Shown: positions 23,430 through 35,371, numbered from the stretch's first letter. The stretch: 64,000 nucleotides of DNA from Octopus bimaculoides (GCF_001194135.2 NC_068981.1:180692905-180756904); one strand, 5' to 3'. Notes: a model not told the origin generated them from the letters alone. Program-made: numbers and translations.

Positions 23430-23810
23430 AATGAAACAACAAGATGGAACAAATAGTACTCCAACCAACTAGGGCAGGTAACATACTGGATCTCTGCTTC
23501 ACAAATAATATGGATCTCATCCATAATGTGAAAATGACACCAACGCTACTCTCGGATCACAACATGGTAGAGCTGACCATGTATGGACCAAAGGAAACCA
23601 TGGACATGCAGCCTACAAGAAGCTCTCAGAATCTTTCCAATTTGAACTTTCATAAGGCAAACTGGAAACAAATTGAGAAAGAGATCCTCAAACAAAACTG
23701 GCCTAAATAGCTCTCCTCGCTGGACATTGGAGAATATGCTTTGATCCTGAGGTCCATGCAGGAAACTGCTTTGTTAATGCAGTTTTTGGATACTGGAGTG
23801 TATTGTAAGA
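23430..23810 (+). mobile_element. CR1/L2-like LINE relic, end of AP endonuclease domain
   Basis: ORF 23444-23710: PTRAGNILDLCFTN...SDHNMV...NFHKANW. Confidence 0.8.
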
Positions 23811-23821
23811 TATAGTAATTC

Positions 23822-23880
23822 CTACAATACCTCTTGGTAAGCAATATTCTTTTTTTTTCCCTTGTGGAACAAATGCAAAT

Positions 23881-23915
<35 letters not shown>

Positions 23916-24914
23916 AGAGCAGCCAACATTTAATTGCCTCAGTGAGAAGCACAACTCTTCCAAGTGAAATCCTATCACAGACAGTGTTTGACACTGGGAT
24001 TTATTGCCAGATATTGTGAAGCTGATATGGACAGGAAATTGCACTCTTCTGAATGAAAAAAGGAATTTTTGCTCCTGATGTTATCAGAGGGTTTCTGAGT
24101 ATGAAAACATCTTTTCCACATCTAGAGAGAACGGTGACCTCAATAACATGTTGCATCATCTTCTTTACCACCAGGCGTAACCCATTGCAGAGTGTTGGTG
24201 GATCCAAATTTGTCACTAACATTACTGGAGTTCCCACTTTAAATTCCAATCTGTAGGGAGGTACTCCTGGAGGCTCCAATGAATTGAGAAATTCTGTTGG
24301 ATAATTTACCACCTCTTCTGGATCTGAGATTGTATCAACTGACTTATAGATGTGAAGACTTCCAGGAAGATACTGCTCATTAATTTTACATACAGTGCTG
24401 TTTTAGGAGCCAGTATTGCTCTTTCACACAGCCAATTGAGACTGTGATAATTTTTCGACAAATGGAGGATCTCCTCTTTGGAGACATTATGTCAAGGAAT
24501 ATGATGTAATAAAATGAGATGACAATTATATGTTAATAATGAAATGACAATAAAAGAAGGTAAATAATATCAATATCTTAGCAAATTTTAAGAAATACAT
24601 ACAATGAACTGAGATGACACTTATGTTAATGATTAATTGTCAATAAAAAACATTAACATCAATACGTTCAGTAGATTAATCATGTTGGATGTAAGGGAAA
24701 CAATCAATTTCTGAAAGTTACTTCCCTTCTCTACACATCTTAGCAAAGGTTATTTTCTGTTCCCAGAGGGCCCATTACTCATTATGTGAAAAATTTTAAG
24801 AGTCTAAAATCTTTGGAACATAAGTAATGTATTTTCCCAGTTTGGAGAAAATCAATTCTGAACTTCAGAAGTTATGCGAATTTACACACACAACCTCACT
24901 TTTATATATAGAGA
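23822..24914 (-). mobile_element. Helitron relic: 5' terminus joined to PIF1-like helicase C-terminal half
   Basis: WLCERAILAP...YPTEFLNSLEPPGVPP.RLE.KVGTPVML..NLDPP.LCNG, then FP...F.I..NKSQ.QTL...GFHL...CFS..QL.VGCS and KNLFAFVPQGK..NIAYQEVL*. The 5' end reads A|TCTCTATATATAAA at 24914. Confidence 0.85.
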
Positions 24915-25379
24915 TTATTTGGTTTATGTCACTATACTTTATATAAGTATATAAGCGGATATGTCTATCTGATGAAGCATCATTACATATTTAAATGGAT
25001 TTGATTATTTTTGAAAATCTTCAAAAATGCAGTAGCTTGCCTGTCAACAATGTATATATTTTGTTTGGTAGACAGATTGCTGTTTCTAGTTAAAACTGAT
25101 TCTATGTTTCCGAGAATGCAGCATTGTATGACAGTGATGACTACAATAGTTATTTTAAATAAATCAATATTCATAAATGAAGGAATATCTCTTTTACATT
25201 TTGTTTCGAGTTAAAGAAAGTAGACTGTTGTTTCTCAGGCAGTTTGATATTTGATCAGTAAGGCATTAAGGCACTGGACAACATACTGAATGGTCAAGAG
25301 CTGTAATACAAAGACATCTGGACAACACAATAATTGCAATATCTTTTAGCAACTGGACAACACTGAATGGCTAATTTAT

Positions 25380-25575
25380 AAAAGTGATTTACTGCTATGG
25401 ATCCCAAAGCATGGCTGTACTCAAGCAGGCCATCCAAATACAGCTTACATAGACCAACTCATCAGAGACACTGGAGGACATCCCAAAGACCTTCCTCAAC
25501 TAATGCAGGACCAAAATGGATGGCATATGCACATTAAAAATGTCTGAGCAAGCTCAACTAGATGAGATGATGGAC
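25380..25575 (+). mobile_element. RTE-type LINE 3' end
   Basis: LLWIPKHG...AYIDQLIRDTG...DLPQLMQD.NGW...VxASST, followed by a (GATGA)-like tail. Confidence 0.55.
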
Positions 25576-25890
25576 TACAGTGAATGGCCCAAAATAGTAA
25601 GATTAAGGTGAATGGTTGGCAATTGCAATATTAAAGAAACTGACCAGTACATCAACTGGTTGATCCCTGTAATAGGGACAATGCAATGAATGGTCAAGAA
25701 CAGTAATATTAAGACAATTGTTAAAAATTCTAATAATAAAGCAACTGGACAACAGAATGTAGGATTTGTAACGTTTATCTTATGATTTTATCTTTCTTTC
25801 TTGTTTTTTTCAAATACTGAAGAAATAAGAAATTGATACAATGTTCATAGTTTGGTCAACAACTAGAGTATTAAGGCAATTTAGAAATAT

Positions 25891-25896
25891 TTTATT
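25891..25896 (-). promoter_or_regulatory. Candidate distal Crumbs polyadenylation signal
   Basis: AATAAA on the - strand, at the end of a long U-rich stretch resembling 3' UTR. It would imply a 3' UTR of about 5.4 kb; inference only. Confidence 0.2.
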
Positions 25897-27015
25897 ACAA
25901 AAATTTAACACCATTTCTTCTTACTCTTCAAATGGAAGATTTACATTTCAGTTTATATCACAAAAGGGTGAATTTTCACATTGAGAACAAACAAACATTT
26001 AGTAAGAAAAAAAAAAATGATAAAAAATTTTTTTTTTCTCTTTTTTTTTTTTTTTTTCAAAAATTCTGTACANNNNNNNNNNNNNNNNNNNNNNNNNNNN
26101 NNNNNNNNNNNNNNNNNNNNNNNNNNNNNNNNNNNNNNNNNNNNNNNNNNNNNNNNNNNNNNNNNNNNNNNNNNNNNNNNNNNNNNNNNNNNNNNNNNNN
26201 NNNNNNNNNNNNNNNNNNNNNNNNNNNNNNNNNNNNNNNNNNNNNNNNNNNNNNNNNNNNNNNNNNNNNNNNNNNNNNNNNNNNNNNNNNNNNNNNNNNN
26301 NNNNNNNNNNNNAAAAAAAAAAAAAAAAAAAAAAAATTCTGGCAAAATCCAAAATTTTGCATTAATAATTCCCAACCCATTACCTTTTTTTAATAACTTT
26401 ATTAATTTATTAACACTGATATTTTCACATCAATGGCAACACATATCAACGTTAAGAATGAAACACAAGATTACATTATGAGAGACAGAACAAAGTTTTG
26501 AAAAAAATGAAAAGAATGGAATGTGTGTGTGTACACTTGTGTATATAGGTATTTATTACACATTTGATATGTATGCATGTGTGTATGTGTGAGAAAGTTA
26601 TCTATGTATCAACTTTAATGTATACACAGTGTCAAGAGGCCAGTTGCTGAGATATTTGTCCGGAGATAATATCTCTTTAGGAGAAGCTGTGCTAAAAACA
26701 CAAACATCAGAAGGAGATTGAAAATTTGCCCCAGCAGTCAGTGAAAACATCAAATGCATTTTGGCCTTTTGGGAGCCTTTTCAGTGGCATATACTCACAG
26801 CCAGCCACATATGGCCTATTGACTCTGTGTAATGTGTATATATTAAGTATGATGCATAGATAGCTATTTTAATTGCATACTTACACACATAAGGATATAT
26901 ATGTATGTGTGTATGTGTGTCTAAGGCATCGATGTGTATAATGAATGTTAAGGTATTGACAGACTGAAGCAGAAAAATCCACCAGCCCCATCAAAATTAT
27001 ACATGAATATTATAT

Positions 27016-27047
<32 letters not shown>

Positions 27048-27499
27048 NNNNNNNNNNNNNNNNNNNNNNNNNNNNNNNNNNNNNNNNNNNNNNNNNNNNN
27101 NNNNNNNNNNNNNNNNNNNNNNNNNNNNNNNNNNNNNNNNNNNNNNNNNNNNNNNNNNNNNNNNNNNNNNNNNNNNNNNNNNNNNNNNNNNNNNNNNNNN
27201 NNNNNNNNNNNNAGTATATATGATAAATAATATATTGTAAAAGAAAGTTTAAAATTTTCATCGGTGGTCTTTATCGGCTTGAAATTACAGTTTGTAGAAT
27301 ATGCTGCAAAATAGCAAATTGTAAATAACTGGACAGCTGATTAGCATTATCATTGATGACGATGATGGTGGTGGTGGTGGTGGTGGTGATGTGAGGGAAT
27401 TAAGTAATGAAAACTCAAAAACAAAAACAAACTCTTTGAAATATGTCTCAGAGTATGAAGAAATATGATTGATTATGACTGATGATATACAACAGATGA

Positions 27500-27860
27500 G
27501 AATGTGGGTGGTTCAATACAGGCAGAGACCTGGGTAAAACAATTCTTATATTTTAGTGCTTGAAAGGTAAAGCATATGTGAGATGCCAAGACAAGATCAC
27601 AAATGAGGAGGTGTTTTGAAAAGTCAATGCCACATACACCTGAGTCTTGTTATCAAGGCCAGAAGAATGCAGCTGGTATAGCATGTCCTATAAATGGGGG
27701 GGACAATATCCCAGTAAGAAATGCAATGATATGGTTACCAGCTGGTGAGAGGGCAGCAAAGGGTGAACTAAAGAAAACCTGAAGATGATCTGTGCAGCTG
27801 TCGCACAAAATGGATTCAAGCTTCGATTCTTGCCAACGACAAAATTAAAAAAGAAAATGA
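27500..27860 (+). mobile_element. Old RTE-like LINE C-terminal relic
   Basis: Degenerate AETW...QDKITNEEV...MQL..HV...WLPAG.R..G. Confidence 0.45.
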
Positions 27861-28124
27861 TAGAAAAGCATAGCTGCTCATTAACCAAATGGCCAGATAT
27901 ATATTGTGTGGATTCTCCTCTAATAGACAACAAAAGAGGGTTCTGTGAGTTCTTACTTGCACAAAGGGTCTGTTTACAGCAATCAAATGTTTGTGTTGTA
28001 TATTAGTTCACAATCAGATTATCATTGCCTGTACAGATGCACAGCATGCAGCATATCAGATGTTGAAGTGATCACAGGGAAATGTGAGATGAAATCTTTG
28101 CCTTAAGAACACAATGCATCCTCA

Positions 28125-28172
<48 letters not shown>

Positions 28173-28689
28173 TCGGTATGTTTTTACATATGAGAGAGTA
28201 TACTTAAATGTGAATGAGAGCAAATGTGCTAATCAGCTACTTGTCTCTGTAGTTAAGTGTATTTGTGTGAAAGAGTGTATGTATGTATAGAAACGTACGT
28301 AGATGCATATGAGCGTTTACATGCTTAGTTGTAGGTGCATAGATGTTTGCTCAGTTACAAATTTAAACATGCTAACGTGTGTGTGTGTGTGTGTGTGTAT
28401 AATGAGAGTGTATACAGATAAGTATGAGAGTGGTGTGTGGCAGGATGTCTAACGTAGCATGTCAAACAAATGAGATATAATTTAAGATTACGCTCAAGTT
28501 AAAATTCTAAGATTCTTCCTTCAACTCCAAGTTTAATGAAAGGAATGAACATGTGTGTGTGTGTTTTAATTTCTCTTTCATTTAAAAACTGTTGACTAAA
28601 TTTCAACAAGAGATACAGTTAATTTCACTAATGAATACATGAGCTAAAACAGCTATAGCTTCCCATTTGCAAGTCTTGTTTATATTCTG

Positions 28690-29105
28690 GAAGAAAATTA
28701 TTATTATTATTATTATCATTATTATTGTCCCTGTTTCAAACATATAAAGAAACTTGAAATCTTTCATATGTGCTCTCTGTGCAATATCTGTAACATAAAA
28801 TGGCAAGATATCAAACGCCAAAATCTTTGTAAAATGTGATGTCCAGTATCAAAAGCATGCTGCTGTAAATTCAGTGCAGATAAGTAAGACATGTTGATCA
28901 CATTCCCAAAATTCTTTTGTATGGCCAACAAGTAGAGGGACAATGGGGTATGGGAAGATCCATTCTTAGATATAAAGATAAGCTGAAGCAAACACTAAAG
29001 TCTCTGCAGCTTAATTTGACATCTTGGGAAAGTCATTGTCTAGATCAATCTGCATGGTGCAAAATGTGTCTTGATGCAATTTGGGTTGAAGAAACAGGAC
29101 AATAA
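28690..29105 (+). mobile_element. RTE-like LINE C-terminal relic
   Basis: IPKILLYGQQVEG...GRSILRYKDKLKQTLK...SWE...LDQSAW. Confidence 0.6.
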
Positions 29106-29422
29106 AATAATTGTATCCTGCAATCAACAGACCCATTTATCCAACCCCAGACAAAATCAAAATCATCATTGTCCCCAGATTTCATAGCAAAATCCATACC
29201 GGGACTCAAATTACATTTATGCATCCATCACAAATAGATGCAGCTTCTTTTATTTTGCTGGGCTTCCATAAACAACCTTGCTCAGACTTGTGCCTCGCAG
29301 GGGAACATTCTAGATGCAATCCAATGGTCATTCACGACCAAAGGAGGTCTTAACCTTTTACATTCAATGAATCTTTTACATCTTTCAACTGACAGCATGG
29401 CAAAGCAACAGTCTTGTGATTG

Positions 29423-29639
29423 TGGTCTAATAGCAGACCTGTCTATGTGGTTAGCAACAGATACATTGGAGTGGCCAACAACTGATATGCCAGTGTGGTT
29501 AGAAAAAAGCATATCAATGTAGCTAGGAACAGATATGTCAACATAACAAGCAATAAACATGCCCACATGCCTAGCAATATGTATATCAAAATAGCTATCA
29601 ATAGACATGCCAGCATGGCCAGCAATGGATATGTCAACG
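29423..29639. repeat. Degenerate 24-bp minisatellite, 9 units
   Basis: Units start at 29423 (25 nt), then 29448, 29472, 29496, 29520, 29544, 29568, 29592 and 29616; consensus approximately TGGCTAGCAACAGATATGTCAACA. Confidence 0.85.
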
Positions 29640-29964
29640 CCATGATTTTAGAGTCTGACATCTTAGCAGTTATTGGGCAGACAACACAAACTGTTTTAAC
29701 TAAGTTATGATAACATGGTAGTGGAGGAAGAAACATTCGCTGATCAGATAATTTAAATTTTAGACATCATGTCAACATAATGATTATAATGATTACATCG
29801 TATGGCATAGTGAAATACTGTCAATAACAGAATATTAAATGTGATGAGATTAAGCACCACTATAGTGACAATTTTAAAATTAGCAAATATTGTGTGTGTG
29901 TATGTATGTATGGATAGGTGTGAATATGTGTTTGGATGCATGTGTATGGATGCACGTCTTCGTT

Positions 29965-30020
<56 letters not shown>

Positions 30021-30264
30021 TATATACATACATATTTTGCTGGAAGGGGCATGTCAGAAAGTAAACAATTTTATTTCCACTTTCCAACATGTCAATATTA
30101 ATAAAAACTGATATATATTTCAAAATAATTAAATGATTAGTTTGTTTCTAATTTCATTTAAAACTAGAGTTTTGTGATTTTTAAATTAACAAAAAAAAAA
30201 AAAAAAAAAAAAAAGTATTAAAAAAATATCTGGATGCTGAGAACCAATATTTCGCAGCTTTAAG

Positions 30265-30295
<31 letters not shown>

Positions 30296-31289
30296 TATAA
30301 TTATCTCCCTTGAATTTGTCGTTCGCACCTTGTTTTGCTTTCTTGGATATGGGGGAAAAAAAAAATAATGCATCATTTCATATAATACTGCTCTTAATGA
30401 AAACATGCCAATCAAATGTCTGTTACATTTCAATTAACATTTTACCTACTCAAGCCTGTTTCGCGAAATTTGTTTTGCACCAATGGTCTAATTTTGTTAT
30501 AAATTATGCATTTAAAAATTTTTTTCTAACCATATATATGTTCTAGTTCACTAAATAAACTACCATATTGATTCACAGCATAGCTATTACCAGTAACTCC
30601 TGTGATACAGAACAAATATTATATTCATTTAGAACTGCAGAAGTCAGTAGTGACACATGCTGAAAAGTCTTAAAATATCTATTATACGTCTGCTTATAGA
30701 TTTTTCTTTTCATTTATTTTTTTCTACAAGTTATATTTCAGACATTATATAAACTTTAATGGTTTCTTTTGCACAAAAGTTTTTTTATGAAGGACAATGG
30801 CTCCGATGATGGCAATGACAGTAACTCGTATCCTTACCTGGTCCCGTCTTTGCTTTCTATTGATTCAAATTGAAAAGCATCTGAGAAATACAAAGAAATG
30901 TGTCCTGTATACTTCCCAAAATTTGAATATTATAGTTTGAACCACAGTAATGTGAGGCACCATAAAAAAAGACAAAAAATATCACCCCTGGGCGTCACCA
31001 GCGACTCCCACAGTACATTAAGAACATTGCATGGAGAATCACCAGTGACTCCCATGGTAGGCAAAGAGTCAAAACATAAAAGGGAGAATCAAAATTCCTT
31101 GTTTTGTGACAAATAGAGATTTGATTATCCCTTTCTGACGTTTATGAAATGATAGGTGAAGAGGGCAAGAGAACCCTCACGATAATTCATTTTTGGCCTG
31201 AGATCTCATACTTGCAAATGATGGCGATTGGAATGGAAGAAATTTAGTTTCAGCAAAAATTTAGTTTGTTTTTCAGGCAGCCAAGCCTT

Positions 31290-31429
31290 TCATATTAATC
31301 GTTCTGTCGGAGGCAGTTTCCAAACATTACCAAGCTCAACACGAGTTCCTGACATTTCCTGTCGACTTGGACTGTATGTTCCACTTGTAGCTCTCTTTTT
31401 GCGAGTTGTGATTAAGAAATAAGTAACAG
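31290..31429 (-). CDS. crb: Crumbs terminal exon: end of TM helix plus cytoplasmic tail
   Basis: ttttcag|CT GTT... Encodes [46 protein letters not shown], with the FERM-binding GTYSPSxQE and the PDZ-binding ERLI terminus diagnostic of Crumbs. Confidence 0.97.
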
Positions 31430-31866
31430 CTGAAAATGTAAAGAAAATAATGTAACTTAATTCAACAGACAAAAGCAAGAAAGTTTTGTTAAATAATCAA
31501 TAATATTCAAATATTTAAAATCTAAAATATTTACATAAAATATCAATAACATTTCAAATTCAATCAGTTCAAATATTAATTTCTGGCTAGTAAAAGATTT
31601 GGTTAAAAAGAAAGTTGACCACTGAACTCACTATTACCTCTAGTACACCTCTCTTCATCAAAGCCCACTCAATCCACCCTATCTCCTATTTGTGTGTGTG
31701 TGTATAAGGGTTGGCATCAGGAAGGGCATCTAGCTGTAAAAGCCATGCCAGCTCCTGTCAAGCCATCCAGCCCATGCCAGCATGGAGAAGTGATTTTAAA
31801 TGATGATGATGATGATGATATATATACATTAGCATAACTTAGAATAGCTTAAGGACTGAGATATAT

Positions 31867-32019
31867 GTGGCTGTGTGGTAAGAAGCTTGCTTCCCAACCA
31901 CATGATTCCAGGTTCAGTCTGGCTGCGTGGCACCTTGGGCAAGTGTCTATTGCTATCGTCTCAGGCCGACCAAAGCCTTGTGAGGGGATTTGGTAGACGG
32001 AAACTGAAAGAAGCCCATC

Positions 32020-32063
<44 letters not shown>

Positions 32064-32301
32064 ATATTACAAATTAAAAGGGTATATGGTGAAGCAAATG
32101 CTTGCTGATCCCTTAATTATGTATATACATATATATTTATGTGTTTTTACATCCCTGTAATCTAGCAGTTCAGTAAAAGAGACCGATAGAATAAGCACCA
32201 GGCTTACAAAGAATAAGTCCAGGGGTAGATTTCTTCAACTAAAAGGCAGTGATCCAGCATGGTTGCAGTCAAATGACTGAAACAAGTAAAAGAATAAAAG
32301 A
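31867..32301 (+). mobile_element. SINE family A, full copy
   Basis: Head and tail as in the other copies. Confidence 0.8.
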
Positions 32302-32714
32302 ATATATGTGTAGTGAGTGATATTTTAGGCCAAATAACAGTGAGCAAACACATAGTGAACTGTGAACAGAAATTCAGTGTTGTAACAGTGCATGTGACCC
32401 CAGTTTAATAAGAAACTGCAGTGATAGGTGAGGGAATAAAAAGAATTCTGTTATTTAAGCATTGAAATTAGTGCCAGGAGTTCCAAAGGGAGTAGAAAAC
32501 ACCGTTTTAGGATTGGAAGTGGTGAGATGGGAAAATTTTAGAAAACAAACCTACCTGCTGTAGAACATCAGAAGTAAAAGAGAACAGAAAAGAAAGAGGA
32601 AGAAATATGTTAAAACAAATTTGTAACACATGAATATAGCAACATCAAATATATGAAAGAAGAAAATGTTATGTAAAAAATTATTTGAATTTTTTCTAAA
32701 ATGTTTCCCAGGGT

Positions 32715-32874
32715 GCAGAAGTGGCTGTGTGGTAAGTAGCTTGCTTACCAACCACATGGTTTCGGGTTCAGTCCCACTGCGTGGCACCTTAGGCAAGTGT
32801 CATCTTCTATAGCCTCAGGCCGACCAAAGCCTTGTGAGTGGATTTGGTAGACGGAAACTGAAAGAAGCCCGTCG

Positions 32875-32927
<53 letters not shown>

Positions 32928-33136
32928 TAGTGTGTCTGTGTTTGTCACCCCAACATCGCTTGACAACTGATGCTGGTGTGTTTACGTCCCTGTAACTTAG
33001 CGGTTCAGCAAAAGTGACCAATAGAATAAGTACTAGGCTTACAAAGATTAAGTCCTGGGGTCGATTTGATCCACTAAAGGCGGTGCTCCAGCATGGCCGC
33101 AGTCAAATGACTGACACAACTAAAAGAGTAAAGAGT
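32715..33136 (+). mobile_element. SINE family A, full copy, followed by a second head (33145-33345)
   Basis: Near-consensus head and tail with internal (TG)n. Confidence 0.88.
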
Positions 33137-33343
33137 ATAGCAAAAGAAAAAAGAGAAATATAAAAACCTTTGGCGAAATTAATTACTTAGAGAATGGTTG
33201 TGTGGTATGAAACTTGCTTCTCAACCACATGGTTCTGGGTTCAGTCTCACAGCATGGTACCCTGGACACCATTTCTTCTATTATAGCTCTGTGCCAACTA
33301 AAGCCTTGTGAGTGGATTTAGTAGGTGGAAACTACAAGAAGTC

Positions 33344-33381
<38 letters not shown>

Positions 33382-33990
33382 GTATCCTTGCATTAACAAC
33401 ACATGATAATTGTACAGGAGTGTCACAATCATACAAGCAGTGTCGATCATTTACAATATTTTGTGAAAATGTGTCTGGATAAAGGTGAGGGTTGGCAACA
33501 GGGAGGGCATCCAGCTACAGCTGATCAGTCTCAACAAATTTCATTTGATTGACTGAGCAGTATTCTAATATGAATAGTTATTACAGCAGGTCAGCAACTG
33601 GTCAAGACTGAAGTATATATATATATTTTTTTTAATGTTTTGGCATTGTTATTACATGTATATGAATGATAATCAAGAGAGATCATAAAAGACCACAAAG
33701 CCAAGATTTTGTTACTCCTCTAAATTGTGTATTGTTTTAATACTTTGTCTAATAAATATATTTTGTTGTTGTTGAAACCTTGGTTGCCACAAGTTTCACC
33801 CTCATTGTTTAATGTCCACTCTTCCATGCTTGCATGGGTCAGACAGAATTTACTGAGGCTCTGCATTAGTGGATATAAGTTCTTTATTTGTTAAATTAGG
33901 CTACCATTGGTTTCATGCCCAGAAAAGTAGGAAAATATTGTTAAGACAATAGGATATTTTCCTACTTTTCTTAAATGGAAGCCTTAATTC

Positions 33991-34040
<50 letters not shown>

Positions 34041-34574
34041 CCCCCAGACAGAAGTTAAACTGTTTTTACTTCAAATTTTTATAATTTTTTACTTGTATTT
34101 GATGAGATGAGATACATTGAAACTAGTAATATTGCCTTTATATAATTTTTAAAATCATTTTTATCAAATTCCCTCTTAAAATGAAATGCCTTAGATTTAC
34201 TTCTGTGCTATTTCCACTTCCATCGTTTGTGTGTGTGTGTGTGTAAAGGCATGTGGCCCAGTGGTTAGGGTGCTGCACTCATGATCTAGCAATCGTGGGT
34301 TCAATTCCTGGACTGAGTGACACATTGTGTTCATGAACAAAACATTTTCATGTTGCTGCAGTCCACTCAGCCTTCCAATCAGGGTGAATGTTGGCCTGCT
34401 CGCCTTGCAGGGTGGCATCATTCAAAAGCTAAAACAATGCAAATCACATTGTGTAAAAGCATCTGATAGTCTGGTTGAACCTGTGATATATATATGAGCA
34501 TATGTGCATGTAACAGAAAGATAAACGGACAGTTTGTAATGGATATTATAGTAAAAAATGTTTTATGTACTTAC

Positions 34575-34650
34575 CAATGATAGCTACTAATACAAGAAGG
34601 ACAACAGCAATAATGATGTATATATAATAATCTGTTTCTGAATTATTCAC
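34575..34650 (-). CDS. crb: Crumbs transmembrane exon (phase 0-1)
   Basis: ttttattcag|GTG...ATTG|gtaagt. VNNSETDYYIYIIIAVVLLVLVAII; its phases bridge the EGF exon and the tail exon exactly. Confidence 0.93.
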
Positions 34651-35371
34651 CTGAATAAAAAAGAAACAAAATATTAATCATATCCATTTCTGTTATCATA
34701 ATGTTCATCATTACTGTATAATGATAACAAATATACATGTATAATACAGAACCACATTAAAATACAAATACAAAACTGATTAAAGCACAAACAGGAACAA
34801 AGAAAAAGAGAAAGAAAGAAAAATACATCAATTCAATGCTAAGTGCTTCAATTGGTCGCACACCACAAGGTTCAATGGAACCTACTGAAGCAAGCCAATA
34901 TGCATGCAGCAATACTGTAGGCAATGGAGAAGCTAAGGCATTGGAACAAACTTCACAGGCATCACCTGACACCCGGTAAGGTGAGAAACAATGCTGCATC
35001 AAAATTCTGTAAGCACAATATATTGTAGTATAGATGCATTCATCTTAAATAATCATGGGAAGCTAAATGTTAAAACAGTTACCATTATTGAACTCACATA
35101 CTTAATATGTTTTGTTTAATTGCTTTTTGACTGCAGTATTTCATCTTGGGAAAATCCCTTTAACACGTTAATTGCCACATATACCGGTGGTGTTTTATTA
35201 CAAACATCCACAACTGCACCAGCAGTGGTACATTTTCCTAATTTGAGAAAATATTTTATTTTGAATTTTTAACATGATTTCGAGGATATTTAAATAACAT
35301 CAGTGTTAAATATTAAAGTTTAAAATAGGAGAGTATTGTAGTTCGCTTGAAGCACTGTGTATTGTTTGTAA

